A stretch of 64,000 nucleotides of DNA from the NCBI GenBank assembly GCA_028534125.1, contig CM052818.1:14014001-14078000 (forward strand), read 5' to 3'. Each line of letters opens with the position of its first letter. Position 1 is the stretch's first letter. The DNA is from Lama glama. Its lineage: Eukaryota. Both the position numbers and the translations under genes were made by a program. Of this stretch, positions 25,917 to 38,130 are shown one piece after another. The notes beneath the pieces are model-generated. The model made no database searches and had not been told where the DNA came from. It saw only the letters and a program-made list of their open reading frames with translations.

Positions 25917-26393
25917 TATTGGAGCAGTCATTAACCGCTCAGTTAATTATACCGATTTGCTGCCAAATCCTCCTTTCTCCTTCTACTCCTATCCCTGTGG
26001 ACAACACATGAGAATAAAACTGCTGCTGCTGTTTCTCCTAATGGTTACAGTCAAAGTTATGCTACTGCATGTTTATGTTTTCTATAAAGTTATTTGTAGA
26101 CAATACTAAAAATAGTTAAATATGATGAGCTGCACATTGGATGATGAAATTAGTACTCTTGATATTTTGGTATTTATGGAGAGAAATAAATAATGGGGTT
26201 GAGCTAAAAGTTATCCCCAGTAGAAGAAAAAAAGCTCACCTAAGTGTCTGTGTAGCAATAAACTCCATCTTAAAATGGTTTCTGTGGAAAACAGGTCTTG
26301 TTAGAATTGTCTTGTCTTTGATTGAGTAGTATGTACAGTAAAGCTTTTCTTTATGATTTATTTTAAAATATGTAAAGTGCAGCCTAGCCTCTT

Positions 26394-26438
26394 TAAAATT
26401 ATTTTTTGAGTTATTGTCAGTTTACAATGTTGCACCAT
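26394..26438 (-). mobile_element. Extremely 5'-truncated L1 3' end (45 bp)
   Basis: TTTTTTGAGTTATTGTCAGTTTACAATGTTG between perfect 13-bp repeats AGCCTAGCCTCTT (26381-26393, 26439-26451). Confidence 0.72.
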
Positions 26439-27819
26439 AGCCTAGCCTCTTAATAGTGCTGCTTAATGAAAGTGCAGAAATAAATGATTGTAGCGGGAGA
26501 TGGAAATTAGAAGAGGCAATTGAATAAGAGAAAAAAATGATGAAGCAATGAAGCACAGCAACTGAAGAAGCTTGTTTTAGGGAGCAGAGTTACAGAAAGG
26601 GCTCTTGAACCATTTCTCTTTTGATTATTTGAAATGGTGCTTTATACGTACATTTCAGTACATATAAAGCACAGATGGTAATCTTGAAAAAGAAGGCAAA
26701 AAATGGTTATGGTTGTGATCTTTATATTTGGAGATTCCCAACTTTGAAGATCACATAAACATTCCTTGGGACAATTTCAAAATTAGAATTTATATCAAGT
26801 CTGATTAGGCATGTGCTCAAGTGCTAAGTGGTAGAGATCTATCTAGAATACCAAGATGGTACCATGATAATTAAACAAAGGGAATTCCTCCAAAAACTTA
26901 TTTTCAAAAATGAAAGCATTAAAAATGTGTGTGCTCTATGATCCAGAAACTTTACGATTAAGAATGCATCCCAAGGAAATAATAAATACACATACCAATT
27001 TTCTTTGACAGTATTTACTCAATTTACTTTTATTTATAATTGGAAAAGAGAAAGAAGAACTAGAAGTGACTCACATTTCCATCATTAAGGAACTGTTTAC
27101 ATAAGTTGTGTACACCCAGAAAGGGGAGACTGTTTTAATGACATGGGATAGGATGGGGGCCGTTTAGTGCAGCAAGCAAGGGGTGAAGGAAGGTGAACAT
27201 TTCTACTTTCTTGTATTCTGGAAAATTCTCAGATAAATGAAGTTTATCTGAGCCATCTTCCGACTTTCCTTTCTGCTCTTCTCTCTCCTTTTGGGTTCTA
27301 AAATCCTCAAGCCAAATCAGTCACTGTAACACTTTTATGTCACAAAGTTATTTAGACTCATCTCTTCTAAACTGTTTATGACTTTTACAGTTTCTTCCTT
27401 TCCTTCACTAATCAATCCACAGAATCTCTCAAAAGATTCTAGGGTCTTGTTTGTTTGAGAGTTTTTTGTTTTTTTGTTTTTTTCATTACAACCACAGCCA
27501 TGACAGTGGTGCTGGAATTACGAAGGGTTTGTGTTACTGTTTGCTAGGAAGAGATCTAGAAATTAAGCATTTGAAGTTTGTGATTGCCTGTAGTATTTTT
27601 CTTAGAATCAGATCACATTTGTTCTCTGCAGTAGCAGTAACAAATGACCAGTATTTTTAGTGGCAAATGGTCCCACTCCTATACTGGCAACGTAAATCAT
27701 CTGCTGTTAAAAGTAGAAAAGGTCACCAAACACTCTGAGGTTGCTTGTTAATGGGTTTCCGTTTTTGCAAAGACCATAAGGACTTAATTATGTCTGGTTG
27801 TATTTTCTCTTAACTTTTC

Positions 27820-27990
27820 AAAGCACTTTTACATCTCCTTTCATTTTATCCTTATAATCATCTGTACAGAAGGTAAGTGAGATACTGTTGCACCCGTTTG
27901 AGAAATGATGAAACCTAGACCCAAGAATTTAACTGTGGAGCAGTAATAGGACTCAGGATGACTGACTCTCAGCTGGACATTTTATCTTGT
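27820..27990 (-). mobile_element. MIR fragment
   Basis: AAGCACTTTTACATC...ATGATGAAAC. Confidence 0.5.
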
Positions 27991-28157
27991 AGCTCAAAAG
28001 CAGGAGCCCGCTGGTAGCCAGTAAATTATTACTGTAGAAGCTGGGCAGAATGTGAAGCTACTGCTAGAAAATCACCTTGGGCTGATAGTTCTGCAGTTCC
28101 ATTTTTTGAAAAAAATCGGAGCAGCTGTTTGTCCTTGAAAGAAATGGAGAGTTTTAT

Positions 28158-28657
28158 NNNNNNNNNNNNNNNNNNNNNNNNNNNNNNNNNNNNNNNNNNN
28201 NNNNNNNNNNNNNNNNNNNNNNNNNNNNNNNNNNNNNNNNNNNNNNNNNNNNNNNNNNNNNNNNNNNNNNNNNNNNNNNNNNNNNNNNNNNNNNNNNNNN
28301 NNNNNNNNNNNNNNNNNNNNNNNNNNNNNNNNNNNNNNNNNNNNNNNNNNNNNNNNNNNNNNNNNNNNNNNNNNNNNNNNNNNNNNNNNNNNNNNNNNNN
28401 NNNNNNNNNNNNNNNNNNNNNNNNNNNNNNNNNNNNNNNNNNNNNNNNNNNNNNNNNNNNNNNNNNNNNNNNNNNNNNNNNNNNNNNNNNNNNNNNNNNN
28501 NNNNNNNNNNNNNNNNNNNNNNNNNNNNNNNNNNNNNNNNNNNNNNNNNNNNNNNNNNNNNNNNNNNNNNNNNNNNNNNNNNNNNNNNNNNNNNNNNNNN
28601 NNNNNNNNNNNNNNNNNNNNNNNNNNNNNNNNNNNNNNNNNNNNNNNNNNNNNNNNN
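28158..28657. other. Assembly gap (exactly 500 N)
   Basis: Run of N; the round length suggests a scaffolding placeholder rather than a measured size. Confidence 0.99.
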
Positions 28658-29092
28658 TGCTTCTCTTGGGAGGAGGGTGAACAATTATATTCCACACCCT
28701 CCTATACATTGTAACTATTTGCTTAATGTTAGTGAACTATGCATAGATAGTCTCTGGCCATACAGGCATTTCCAGCTTGCTCTTAGACAGTGGCAGAACT
28801 GAATGTACTGAGTAACAGGGGCACTTAGAGTAATAGAGGGACTTTCTGATTTGGAAGAGGGAAAGGGGTAGAGATGGCCAAACTGTTTTGGTATTTTATT
28901 TTCCAAAAGAATGTTGACATGGATGAGAACCATTATCCACATCTCAGTAATAAAGATCAGAATTACATATCCTAAATAGTTGACTTCTTGAACAAGACTG
29001 AGCTAACCATTACTGTTTCAGTCTGTCTCATGAGGGTCGGCGCTGAGCCAGGTAAAATGTGTCAATTTCTTTAGCTGAATTATCATATAGTT

Positions 29093-30560
29093 CGGCGATT
29101 CTCAAAATAAGAACTTGGACCCTCCCCCCCCCCCTTGGGTGTTTCTGAGATTCTTTCAGAGAGACTGAAACGTCCAAATTTTTTTGGTAATGATGTTAAG
29201 ATGTCGTTTGTTTTTCTTTTTTCGGTACCATTCTCCTCACTAATTTTGCAAAGGCATGGTGATGAGAATGGCTGGTGCCTTGGCCAAAGTCAAAGCAGTG
29301 GCTCTAAATTGTACTCATTGTCTCTGTATTTTTCACCTCCATGTACTCACAGTAAAAAGAAAGTTCAATTGCACTTACAACTTTACTTAAGATCCTGTTG
29401 AACCAGTAGAAATGATTAATTTCTTAAATCTTGACCCTGGAACACTCACATTGTTAATATTCTGGGTGACAAAATGGGAAATACAGATAAAACACTGTGG
29501 CTGCATGCTGAAGTACAACACTGCAGTGGTTGTCTTGAGAAAAAGCACTACACGGTTGTTTGAGTTGCAAGCTGAACCAGCCATTTTTTCCCCTGATGCA
29601 TCATGATTACTTGAAAGAACCACTGAAATACGAACTACGGTTATGCAAACTTGGGTGACTGGCAGGATGTTTCAGAAAAATAAAGTGAACCTGTCATTTC
29701 AAGGGGGAAAAGACCAAACTCCAGTATTTTCTAAAGTTGAAATTTGAGTTATTAAGCAAAAATCAGAATTTTGGAAAAGCTATACCCACCGCTGTGAGTT
29801 TGGCAATTTCCAAACACTAGAAGACTTTTCTTAATGAGATGAGTGGTGATACTAATTCATATGATTGTTTAGTATTGAATAAGGAAGTGTGTCAACATTG
29901 GGAAGACTTGAATAAGTCTATGGACTGATATTTTTTATTTGACCAATGAACAAACGAATAATGTTACTAAATCATGGGTGGGTGGAAGATTCATTCAAGA
30001 TAGACCAGTGGATTTTAATGTGGCAGAGTAGAAGTTCATTGGTATGAACCTTTTGTTCACAAAAAAGCAACAAACTGAGTTTGTTGGTTTCAAATCCAGA
30101 TTGCAAATAACCTTAAAAAAAAACACCACTTACTGGGTTTTGATATCGTATCAAATAGTCAAATCAGCAATCATCTGAAAAGATTATTAATATACCCCTT
30201 CCTTGTCTAACTACGTATCCATGTAAGGCCAAATTTTCTTCATATACTCCAACTAAAACAACATATTGCAACAGATGGACTGCAGAAGTAGATATGAGAA
30301 TCCAACTGTCTTGCATTAAGCTAGATTTTACAGAACTTTGCAAAAATGTAAAACAGTTTCTCACCAATTATTCTTTGTTTTAGGAAAAAATAGCTATTTC
30401 TCACAAAACTTAGTTAACATGTAATGGTTGTTTAATATTATTTTAAAATTAGTCTTTAAAAACTTTCTGTTTTAATTTATATTACAGTAAATATTAATAG
30501 CTAAAATCCATATCACAAAGGGTGCAAAGGGTCCTGAGATCAAAGATTTGGGAACCACAG
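29093..30560 (+). mobile_element. Charlie1a-like hAT DNA transposon (~1.47 kb)
   Basis: TIR-like ends CGGCGATTCTCAAA / TTTGGGAACCACAG. Degenerate transposase peptide RLFELQAEPAIF in ORF 29412..29606. Charlie1 3' motifs (GCAGAAGTAGATATGAGAATCCAACTGTC, GGGTCCTGAGA). Confidence 0.85.
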
Positions 30561-30649
30561 ATCTAGAATATTACAAATTGCAATATGGTTACCATGAACT
30601 TGTTCTCTTCAAAGCAAATATGGGCTATTTCCTTTCCTCATTTAAAACA

Positions 30650-30860
30650 ATAATGATTACATTTGGGTGGTGCTTTGTACTTTCCAAAGTGCTTTTATAT
30701 GTTATCAACAAGTTAATCCTTTGAGTCATCTTATAGATTAGACATTATTTTCTCTATGCTATACTAAAAAAAAATGAGGTCTAGGGCAATGAAGTGGCTT
30801 ATCCCAGGGCAGAGAGCCAGTGAGAGAACTGAGATCTGACCCCAGAATTTCAAAATTCCA
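30650..30860 (-). mobile_element. MIR fragment
   Basis: CCAAAGTGCTTTT...AAATGAGG...GAAGTGGCTTATCCCAGGG. Confidence 0.5.
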
Positions 30861-31616
30861 GTTTTCATCAGATTTTTGAAATACTACCATGTAGGTTCAG
30901 AAACTGTTAGAAATTATTAGTATGTTAACAATTCAGATTGTAATCAATTTGATTACATAGGGGTTATTAAGTAACTTTCAGTTGACAAACATTAAACTCA
31001 AATATATATTCCAGTCATATGGAGTTTGAGTTATGCTCTTTATGTTGACATGCACATTATTTCAAATTCTGATTTAGTGATGTTTAGATGAATGTTTTTA
31101 TATAACCTCTTTATATCCGTTCATTATATTAGATTTAACTATGTGAAAATGTCAATATTCTCTCATTTTTTGACATAAAAATGACAACTATATGGCTCAA
31201 CTTAGTGCAATTTTGAAAACAGAAAGAGTAACAAAATCTCTTAAATTAGGTTAAAAATTAAATAAAAAGAATGAAAAAGTATACATTGAAAAAAACCAGC
31301 CTACGTAAAAACTCCAACTCCTAGCCACACCCCAGCAATCTGAGAATCACTACCAACAATTTCCTGCATATCCTTCTAGAAATTGTCCATGCATATACAA
31401 TCGTACATACACCTATTAAAATATACACACATGTGGGATCATACTAAACAAACTACTCTGCAAATTGTTTTTGTTGTGTACTATGTTTAGTGATCATTTC
31501 ATTCAAGTCATATACTTCTATTCCTTTTAAAAAGTTCTATTAGTTTATTGGAGGATGTATCATAATTGACTACTGAATTTTAAAAACTATTGGCATAATA
31601 ATATCCATACAGTAAA

Positions 31617-31747
31617 GAAGGGAGAGTAAAGCTCAGTGGTAGAGTGCATGCCTAGCATGTACGAGGTCCTGGGTTCAAGCCCCAGCACCTCCATCAAATA
31701 AATAGATCAGTAAGACTAATTCCCTCACCCCCCAAATTAATTTAAAA
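31617..31747 (+). mobile_element. tRNA-derived camelid SINE (Vic-1-like, long-tail form)
   Basis: AGCTCAGTGGTAGAGTGCATGCCTAGCATGTACGAGGTCCTGGGTTCAAGCCCCAG. Perfect 20-bp TSD AATAATATCCATACAGTAAA (31597-31616, 31748-31767). Confidence 0.92.
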
Positions 31748-31917
31748 AATAATATCCATACAGTAAAATGCACCAATCTTAAAGTCTATTTTCTACATGT
31801 GTATAGACATGTGCGTGCCAACTAATTTCTACATGTGTATGTATGCCTGTGTAATCACCACCTAGATCAAAGTATAAAACGTGTCCAGCATCCCAGAAGG
31901 TTCCGTCAAATTGTTTT

Positions 31918-32470
31918 TGTAGGGGAGGAAGAAATTTTCTTCTACCCTTCTAGGTTCTTTTGGCTGGTCTAAGAATTAAATTGGCATGAGACAGGTTAAC
32001 AGGAAGAAATCACACAAAAGTTTAATACTATGTTCACATGGGAGAGACCCAGAAAAACTGAGTAACTCATCACCACGGCTGAAGCCCTCATCTTAAATAC
32101 CCTCTTCAGCTAAAGACAGAAGAAGATTTTGGGAGTGTTGGTTTGGGACTTCAAGGGGGTGGAATGCAATTTATAGGGAGATGGAAAAGCAAGTGCTTGA
32201 TAAACAAATCTTTGCTGGGCCATACAGAGGCAATGGGACACTGAGAGGAATTTTAATAAACAGAATTTGCTGGGTTTCTCCCTGCCTTCCACACCTAGTT
32301 CACATTGTTATCTATGGTGATAATGCTCTTCTTGAGACAGGTCCTCTATTGTTATTGGCAGTTAGCAGGAAGGTCAAAGTTTCTTCCTGATGTTTTGGGC
32401 CTTGATGTTTTCAGCTTGAATTAATCCTTATGCCAAAGAAACATTCTGGGGTGGCAATTTTTTCTCCTCA
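31918..32470 (-). mobile_element. ERV solo LTR (ERV1-like) inserted in an old L1
   Basis: TGTAGGGGAGGAAGAAATTTTC...CA. Related to the 7768-8311 element; L1 sequence resumes on both sides. Strand inferred. Confidence 0.7.
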
Positions 32471-34628
32471 ACGGTTTACAGCCAATAACTCCTCCCCAAC
32501 CCAGCCACCATTGTTCTAATTTTTATCAATAGATTGGTTTTGTCTTAAGTTTCATATAAATAGAATCATAGTGTATGTTTTTGGTGTGTGTGTGCCTAAT
32601 TTGTGTTGATCAACATCAGTTCTCTGAGGTTGATCCCCATCATTGTGTGTAGCAGTAGTTTGTTTTTATGACTGTATAGTATTCCATCGCATGAATTTAT
32701 CCATTCTACTGTTGATGCACATTTGGGTTTTTATTAAAACATTTTTAGATATTATAAATGAATCTCTCATAAACATTCTTTGCATGTCTTTTGGAGGGCA
32801 TACCCATTCATTTTCTTTGGTATTTTCTTACCTGATTTCATTTTGATTTAAATGTGTGAATATACCTATAAGGCAGTCCTTTACAGAGGAAGTATGACAC
32901 ACCCATCACACTAGCAAATGCTGGTGGAGGCAGATGGTGAAATACAGAAAATATGAGTGAGATTTAAGAAAGTCTTTTAGTTAGAAATGTAAAGAAAATG
33001 TGCTATAAATAAAATAAGTGTTCTAGTAAAATGCTCTTTGTGTGAGCTGAATGTGTGATGATGGATTCTGGTATGAAGAAACTTTGCCAATAGAATGCCA
33101 GATAAAGAAAACATTCTATAAGTGTAGAACTAGTGGCTTTTTCAGGCTAAAGATATCAATCAGATATAACTAGCCTTTTCTTTCTGATCTCATTTACATT
33201 CTTCCTGGCATATGCTTACTGGCTTATTTTACATATACTATTTAAACAAGTATATAATATAATACATGTATTCCTAATGGAAAAAATTAAATTGTTAATC
33301 TGTGACATTAATATAATTTGATATCAAATCACTTTCAGATAAAAAGACAAAGAAGGAAATTATATTAGGAAATAATCTAAATTTTTAGTTAAACATATAA
33401 TTTAAAATAAGAAAAATCTCACTTAACTGAAATTTTGCATTATAATTAACTTGATTTCTGATTAAAGATTAATTAGAATTTTTTTTTATTTCTCACTGAT
33501 GAGCATTTCTTAAGTAAATTACTGCACTTTCTCAGCCTTAGTATTTTGGTATAGGAATACAATATATTCTTTGATGATTTAAGAGCTTTTGTGTTAATCT
33601 TTTAAATATTTATGATTGTTGTAAAAGTGCTATAGATGGTCTAAACGTGGGATGACTCTGGTTTCTTTTAAAAATAAAATTTGGCTATCATGTGTTTTCT
33701 TACCATTTGAGAGTTCTAATTAATGTGTTTTAATCAATATTTTACCTAATTCAGATCTTTTCAGATATTAATTAATATTTCAGTAGCATGTCATAAGTAA
33801 AACAAATAAAATTTGAGAGTCTTAGAGCACTTCAGTTTACCAAAATGACACTTAGTAGTAATTTTTAGCAAATTATTTTTGAGGTTTAATTTTTAAACAA
33901 ACCACAGTAGAACATGTTAACATGTAGAACATTCTGACAATATTACCTGTTTCTAAACATAAACATGGTTCTGTTAATTCATCGCTTGAAACCACTATTA
34001 TTAATAAATTAATAATCCTGGAAATAGGTTTATTAGTGTGGTTTCTTTCTTTATTTTTTATTAAGTACTGAGTGACCAAAGTATATTTTTAAAATAAAGT
34101 GTTATCTGTGGTGATTTATGGATGGGAAATTGTTAGAAACTCTGGAAATCATACATTATTCTCATGTTCTGGGTGTTTATATCAAATTGCCTACTTGACT
34201 CCTCTGCTTCAACATCTTGAATTCAACATGAGTAAAATGGAACCCTGACTCCTCACCCCTTTTTAATGGGCTTCTCTCCTCTCCCCACTTCCAAACTAAA
34301 ACATATCCATGTGCTATCATTGTTAACTAAAAACATAAGAAAAACTAAATTATGAAACTTAAAAAAAAACCCCAAAAGGTAGAAAACATTAAAATGGTAA
34401 AATAATAATAATGAGCAGGATACTATTATTAATTTTATTGCCCCATACCTATTTCTTTTGAAGTCCAGGACATTGAACTAGCATGTTGTAATAAAAGAAA
34501 ATTAACTATGAAAAATGAAATTCTGTGTATTTATCAGGAGACTGTTAGAAATTCAAGTAGCTATTTTTTCTCCTCATTACTCCCCACCTTCTCTCTTCCT
34601 CCTCCTACTGCAATAGCCAGACACCCAT

Positions 34629-35259
34629 TGGAACTAAGCAGGACCCTGTAGGGCCTTCCCAGGGACAGACCTCCTGTGTCCCCTGCCTCTTGTTTAGAGA
34701 AAAGCTTTAGCCTCCTAGGCCTTCCCTGAGTTCCAAAGAACAGATTTAATTGGAGAAAAAAAGTGCAGAAACAAATAAAAACAGTCAAGGAAGACAAAAT
34801 AGTAATCATTTAGCCATAAAACAAAGTCAACGACCTTGAGTTCCTCCTCAAGGGCAATATATAGATAATATCCTGAGCCATATCCTTGAGTCGCTTTGTG
34901 GATACTAAAACCCCCACCAGGTGGAAGAAGCTAACTGCATGATGACCATGAGCACATAGCCCCCAGACTGGCTGGAGTCTGAGGATTGAGAATGCTAACC
35001 CCTGTGATAACATCCTATTACTTCACCGTCAGCCAATCAGAAGAATGTCCGTGAGCTTTCAGGCGGCCCACGACCCTCTCCCTTACCTTGCCTTTAACAA
35101 CCATTCCCTGAGAGCCATCAGGGACTTTTGAGCAGTGGCCATCTGCTCTCCTTGCTTGGCCGTGCAATAAACGCTGTACTTTCCTTCACCATAACCCAAT
35201 GCCAGTAGACTGGCTTTACTGTGCCTCAGGTCAGCAGACCAAAGTTTCGTTTAGTAACA
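34629..35259 (+). mobile_element. ERV1-class solo LTR, sense to RTN4
   Basis: TGGAAC...GTAACA termini; perfect 4-bp TSD CCAT (34625-34628, 35260-35263); CCAAT 35033-35037 and AATAAA 35166-35171 in U3/R order. Confidence 0.9.
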
Positions 35260-37589
35260 CCATTTGCTGGCTATAGCTTCTACCAATTAGCCAACCACAT
35301 TCCAGGAGAGTTTTTTGGTTTCCTGCCTCTTTAATTAAAAAGTAATAATTAAGTATTTACTATATGTTTGAATTTATTTTTTAAAAAAAGAAAAAGAAAA
35401 TTGATTAAGTCTAAACCATAGATCTTGTCCTTGGGGAGGCAGGATCAAGACAGGTAAAACAAAGGTAAAAAGGTCCAAAAAAACTCCTTATTTTTTCCTG
35501 GTGCTTTACATTTACAGAAAGCTCTGACAATAAGCCTTCATTTACTCCCAGAATGATACCTTGCTGCAGTCTAAGTAAAAAAATATTAAATGATTGCTCA
35601 GGGTCCTCTCCATATTTAGAGATAAATCTGGTGCCAGGAGCCTTGTTTTCTGACTCTTTGTCCCACATTCCTTATGTATGGCACTACTTTCTGAAAGCCA
35701 AAACTTAACACCAGGGTTTTTGACTCTGCATTGTGACTCTGCAATATGCCAAGCCCGACTAACTGAACTAGCTTATGACTGAGGTACACTTTAACTTAGA
35801 GATGATCTCTAAAACTTTGTCACTTCTGTGTTTTTTCCCTCCCACTTAGCAACCAAGAAGCATCACTTTATTTTCCCTTTCTCCCTGCTGAGCTCCAGCA
35901 GCAGCACCCAATGTGATTGTCCAGAGAGAAAGAAAACCTCCACCATGAGTTGCACTTAACTGAATAAGAGAAGATTGTAGATTCTACTATGAGAACTTGA
36001 GCTAAAATTTCATCCACACAGCAGAAGCTGTGAAATGCCTACCAGCTGAAAGTGGCTGCTAGCTGGCATGTATACCATAGTAATCCCTTAGGAGTAAAAA
36101 AGAATCTGTGATTTTGTGTGGTGCATTTAACTTTATGGCCGCCTACACATGCAGTTAAAAGCTGTTCATGGCTGAGGAGAAACCCCTGATTCCCTCCCAC
36201 GTCATATCTCAGCTTCGTTTTGGTGTGAGCCGTGGGCGGCTTCGTTAAGAATGTTTATACCCTTTACCCAGAGCAAACATTCCCATAGTGCTATACTTGT
36301 AGAATCCATAAAATAGAGAATCAATTTAGCAATATTTACTAATAAGTGAATAATAACAATACAATAAAGCAAAAGATATTTTCTCTGACTTCCATCAGTC
36401 CCTGAGGTCTCTCCATTTTTTTTAAGTCCCTTAAATCTAGCCTTTATTTCCACTCTACCACCCTCGTTCAAAGTCTCTATCTTTAGTACTGCAAAAACCC
36501 TGTGAATACTCTTACTACCCATTCTCCCGGCACTTTCTCCAAGTTATTCTTTTCATGTTCCAAATAGTTTTATTGAATCAAGTTCTTTTCCTGCTCAAAA
36601 ACACACAGTGACTTGGAAAGTCCTCACTGCTCTGACATTCAAGGTCCTCTAGAATACGGTCTCACCTTACCTATGTGACCTTGTCTTGCTGTCCTAATAA
36701 TAATAATAACAATAATTATAATTACTATTAATTGAGTACCCAAATCCCAGACTCTGTGTGAGGTGCCGTCCATATCCAATTTCCTAACCCAAACTCTTGC
36801 TCCAGTTACTCCTATGTCCTTATATTTCCCCTGTAGGCTTTGTTCTTTTCTATACTGTGCTCTATTTTCTGTATCTTCTATGTCCCCAAATCCTATGAAT
36901 AATTTGAAACAGATAATTTCTCAGCTCCTCTAAAAATCTCCTCAAATTATTCAGAGCCATTGATCTTTTCCATGTCTGACTTTTTAACACCCTTTTTCTA
37001 TACCACACACTAAGATGTTTAATACTATTGTGTGATTATTCAGTCATTTCAGGTATGTAAATTTACCTCCAGTTAAGTTGTCATATATGGGCATCCATGA
37101 GTGGGCATCAAAGGGTGCATGAACCATTTAAAATTGTGTGTTTTGCATTTGTGCATTTTCCCCAGGTCAGGAGTTTTCATAGCATCCCAAAGAGGCCCAA
37201 GAAGAGGGTTGAGTTACTCTCTGGATACCAAGTCATTCCTACCTAAACGTAGGAAATATATATCTTATTGCATACCTCTGATTTCCATTGTAAAAAACTC
37301 TTAGCTAAGGTGCATGAGCCCAAGTTTTACAATGTTGATCTGCTGTTTTACTCTGTGTTAAATGAGGTGTTCTGAATTTTAACGTGGAAAATATTATCAC
37401 TATATGCAGAACTTATTTCAAAAAAAAATTTTAAATTAAACATTTTTGAATAGATAATATAATTACACAATTTGAATGTCAAAACTATGCAAAAAGGTCA
37501 ACCAGAGAAGTCTCACTCCTACTTGTCTTTCTTTTATAGATAACTATCATCAAAAAAGATTTTAATACCATAGGTCATACAATAATGTC

Positions 37590-38130
37590 TGTAGCTTCAT
37601 TCATCAAACCTCTTTTGGTTGCAAGTAACAAATTTATTTCATACCAGGGTAAACAACAACAAAAAAAGAAATTTCTTTAAAGATGGAGTATTTCAAGAGA
37701 GGCAGAAAATACAGCCAGGTTTCAGGAAGGATTGGAACTAGGACTTGGGAATCCATCAAGAACACAAGCAGCTGATTTTTGTCTCACTTACTGTGCTCCT
37801 TGGCTTCAGTTCTCTCTCTTTCTCTCTCCAAATTGACTTGGTTGCTTTGGCTGCATAAGGCCAAACACAGCTGCCACCTTGCTCCTGAGTACACTCAAAA
37901 TCAGTTCTGGTGACCAGCCCAGCTTCTTATCTCTCAGGGCCAATTCTTAGAGACAGAGAGACAGAGACAGAGAGATTGAGGGGCTGTTTGGCCTGACTAA
38001 CCTGACTAGGGTCATGTGTGCATCCTTGGTTGTTCAGCTCTGGACAGGGGAGCAGGGAAACAGTACAAACATGGATGCCAGGAATTCAACCCTGTAGAGG
38101 AAAGTTCTTAAAGCAAAGGGTATGGACCAG
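37590..38130 (-). mobile_element. Old MLT1J/K-like LTR remnant
   Basis: CTTTTGGTTGCAAGTAACA end motif and GGTCATGTGTGCATCC; highly diverged. Confidence 0.5.

Larger units (their letters stand above)
31560..32830 (-). mobile_element. Old L1M 3' region hosting a SINE and an LTR
   Basis: CATACAGTAAAATGCACCAATCTTAA, TTTCATATAAATAGAATCATAG, GTATTCCATCGCATGAAT. Confidence 0.7.

Noticed and set aside
1..28157. Coding exons of a neighbouring gene such as CLHC1
   Set aside because: No ORF or exon with recognisable similarity was seen; very short exons could have been missed.
28029..28709. Long ORFs full of X
   Set aside because: Artefacts of the N gap.
31617..31700. tRNA gene calls for the A/B-box elements (also 7571, 41151, 49178)
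   Set aside because: A-rich tails, TSDs and mutual divergence show they are SINE copies, not tRNA genes.
31790..31840. 15-bp direct repeat TTTCTACATGTGTAT with ACATGT cores (p53-like)
   Set aside because: Local duplication inside an L1; does not satisfy paired RRRCWWGYYY.
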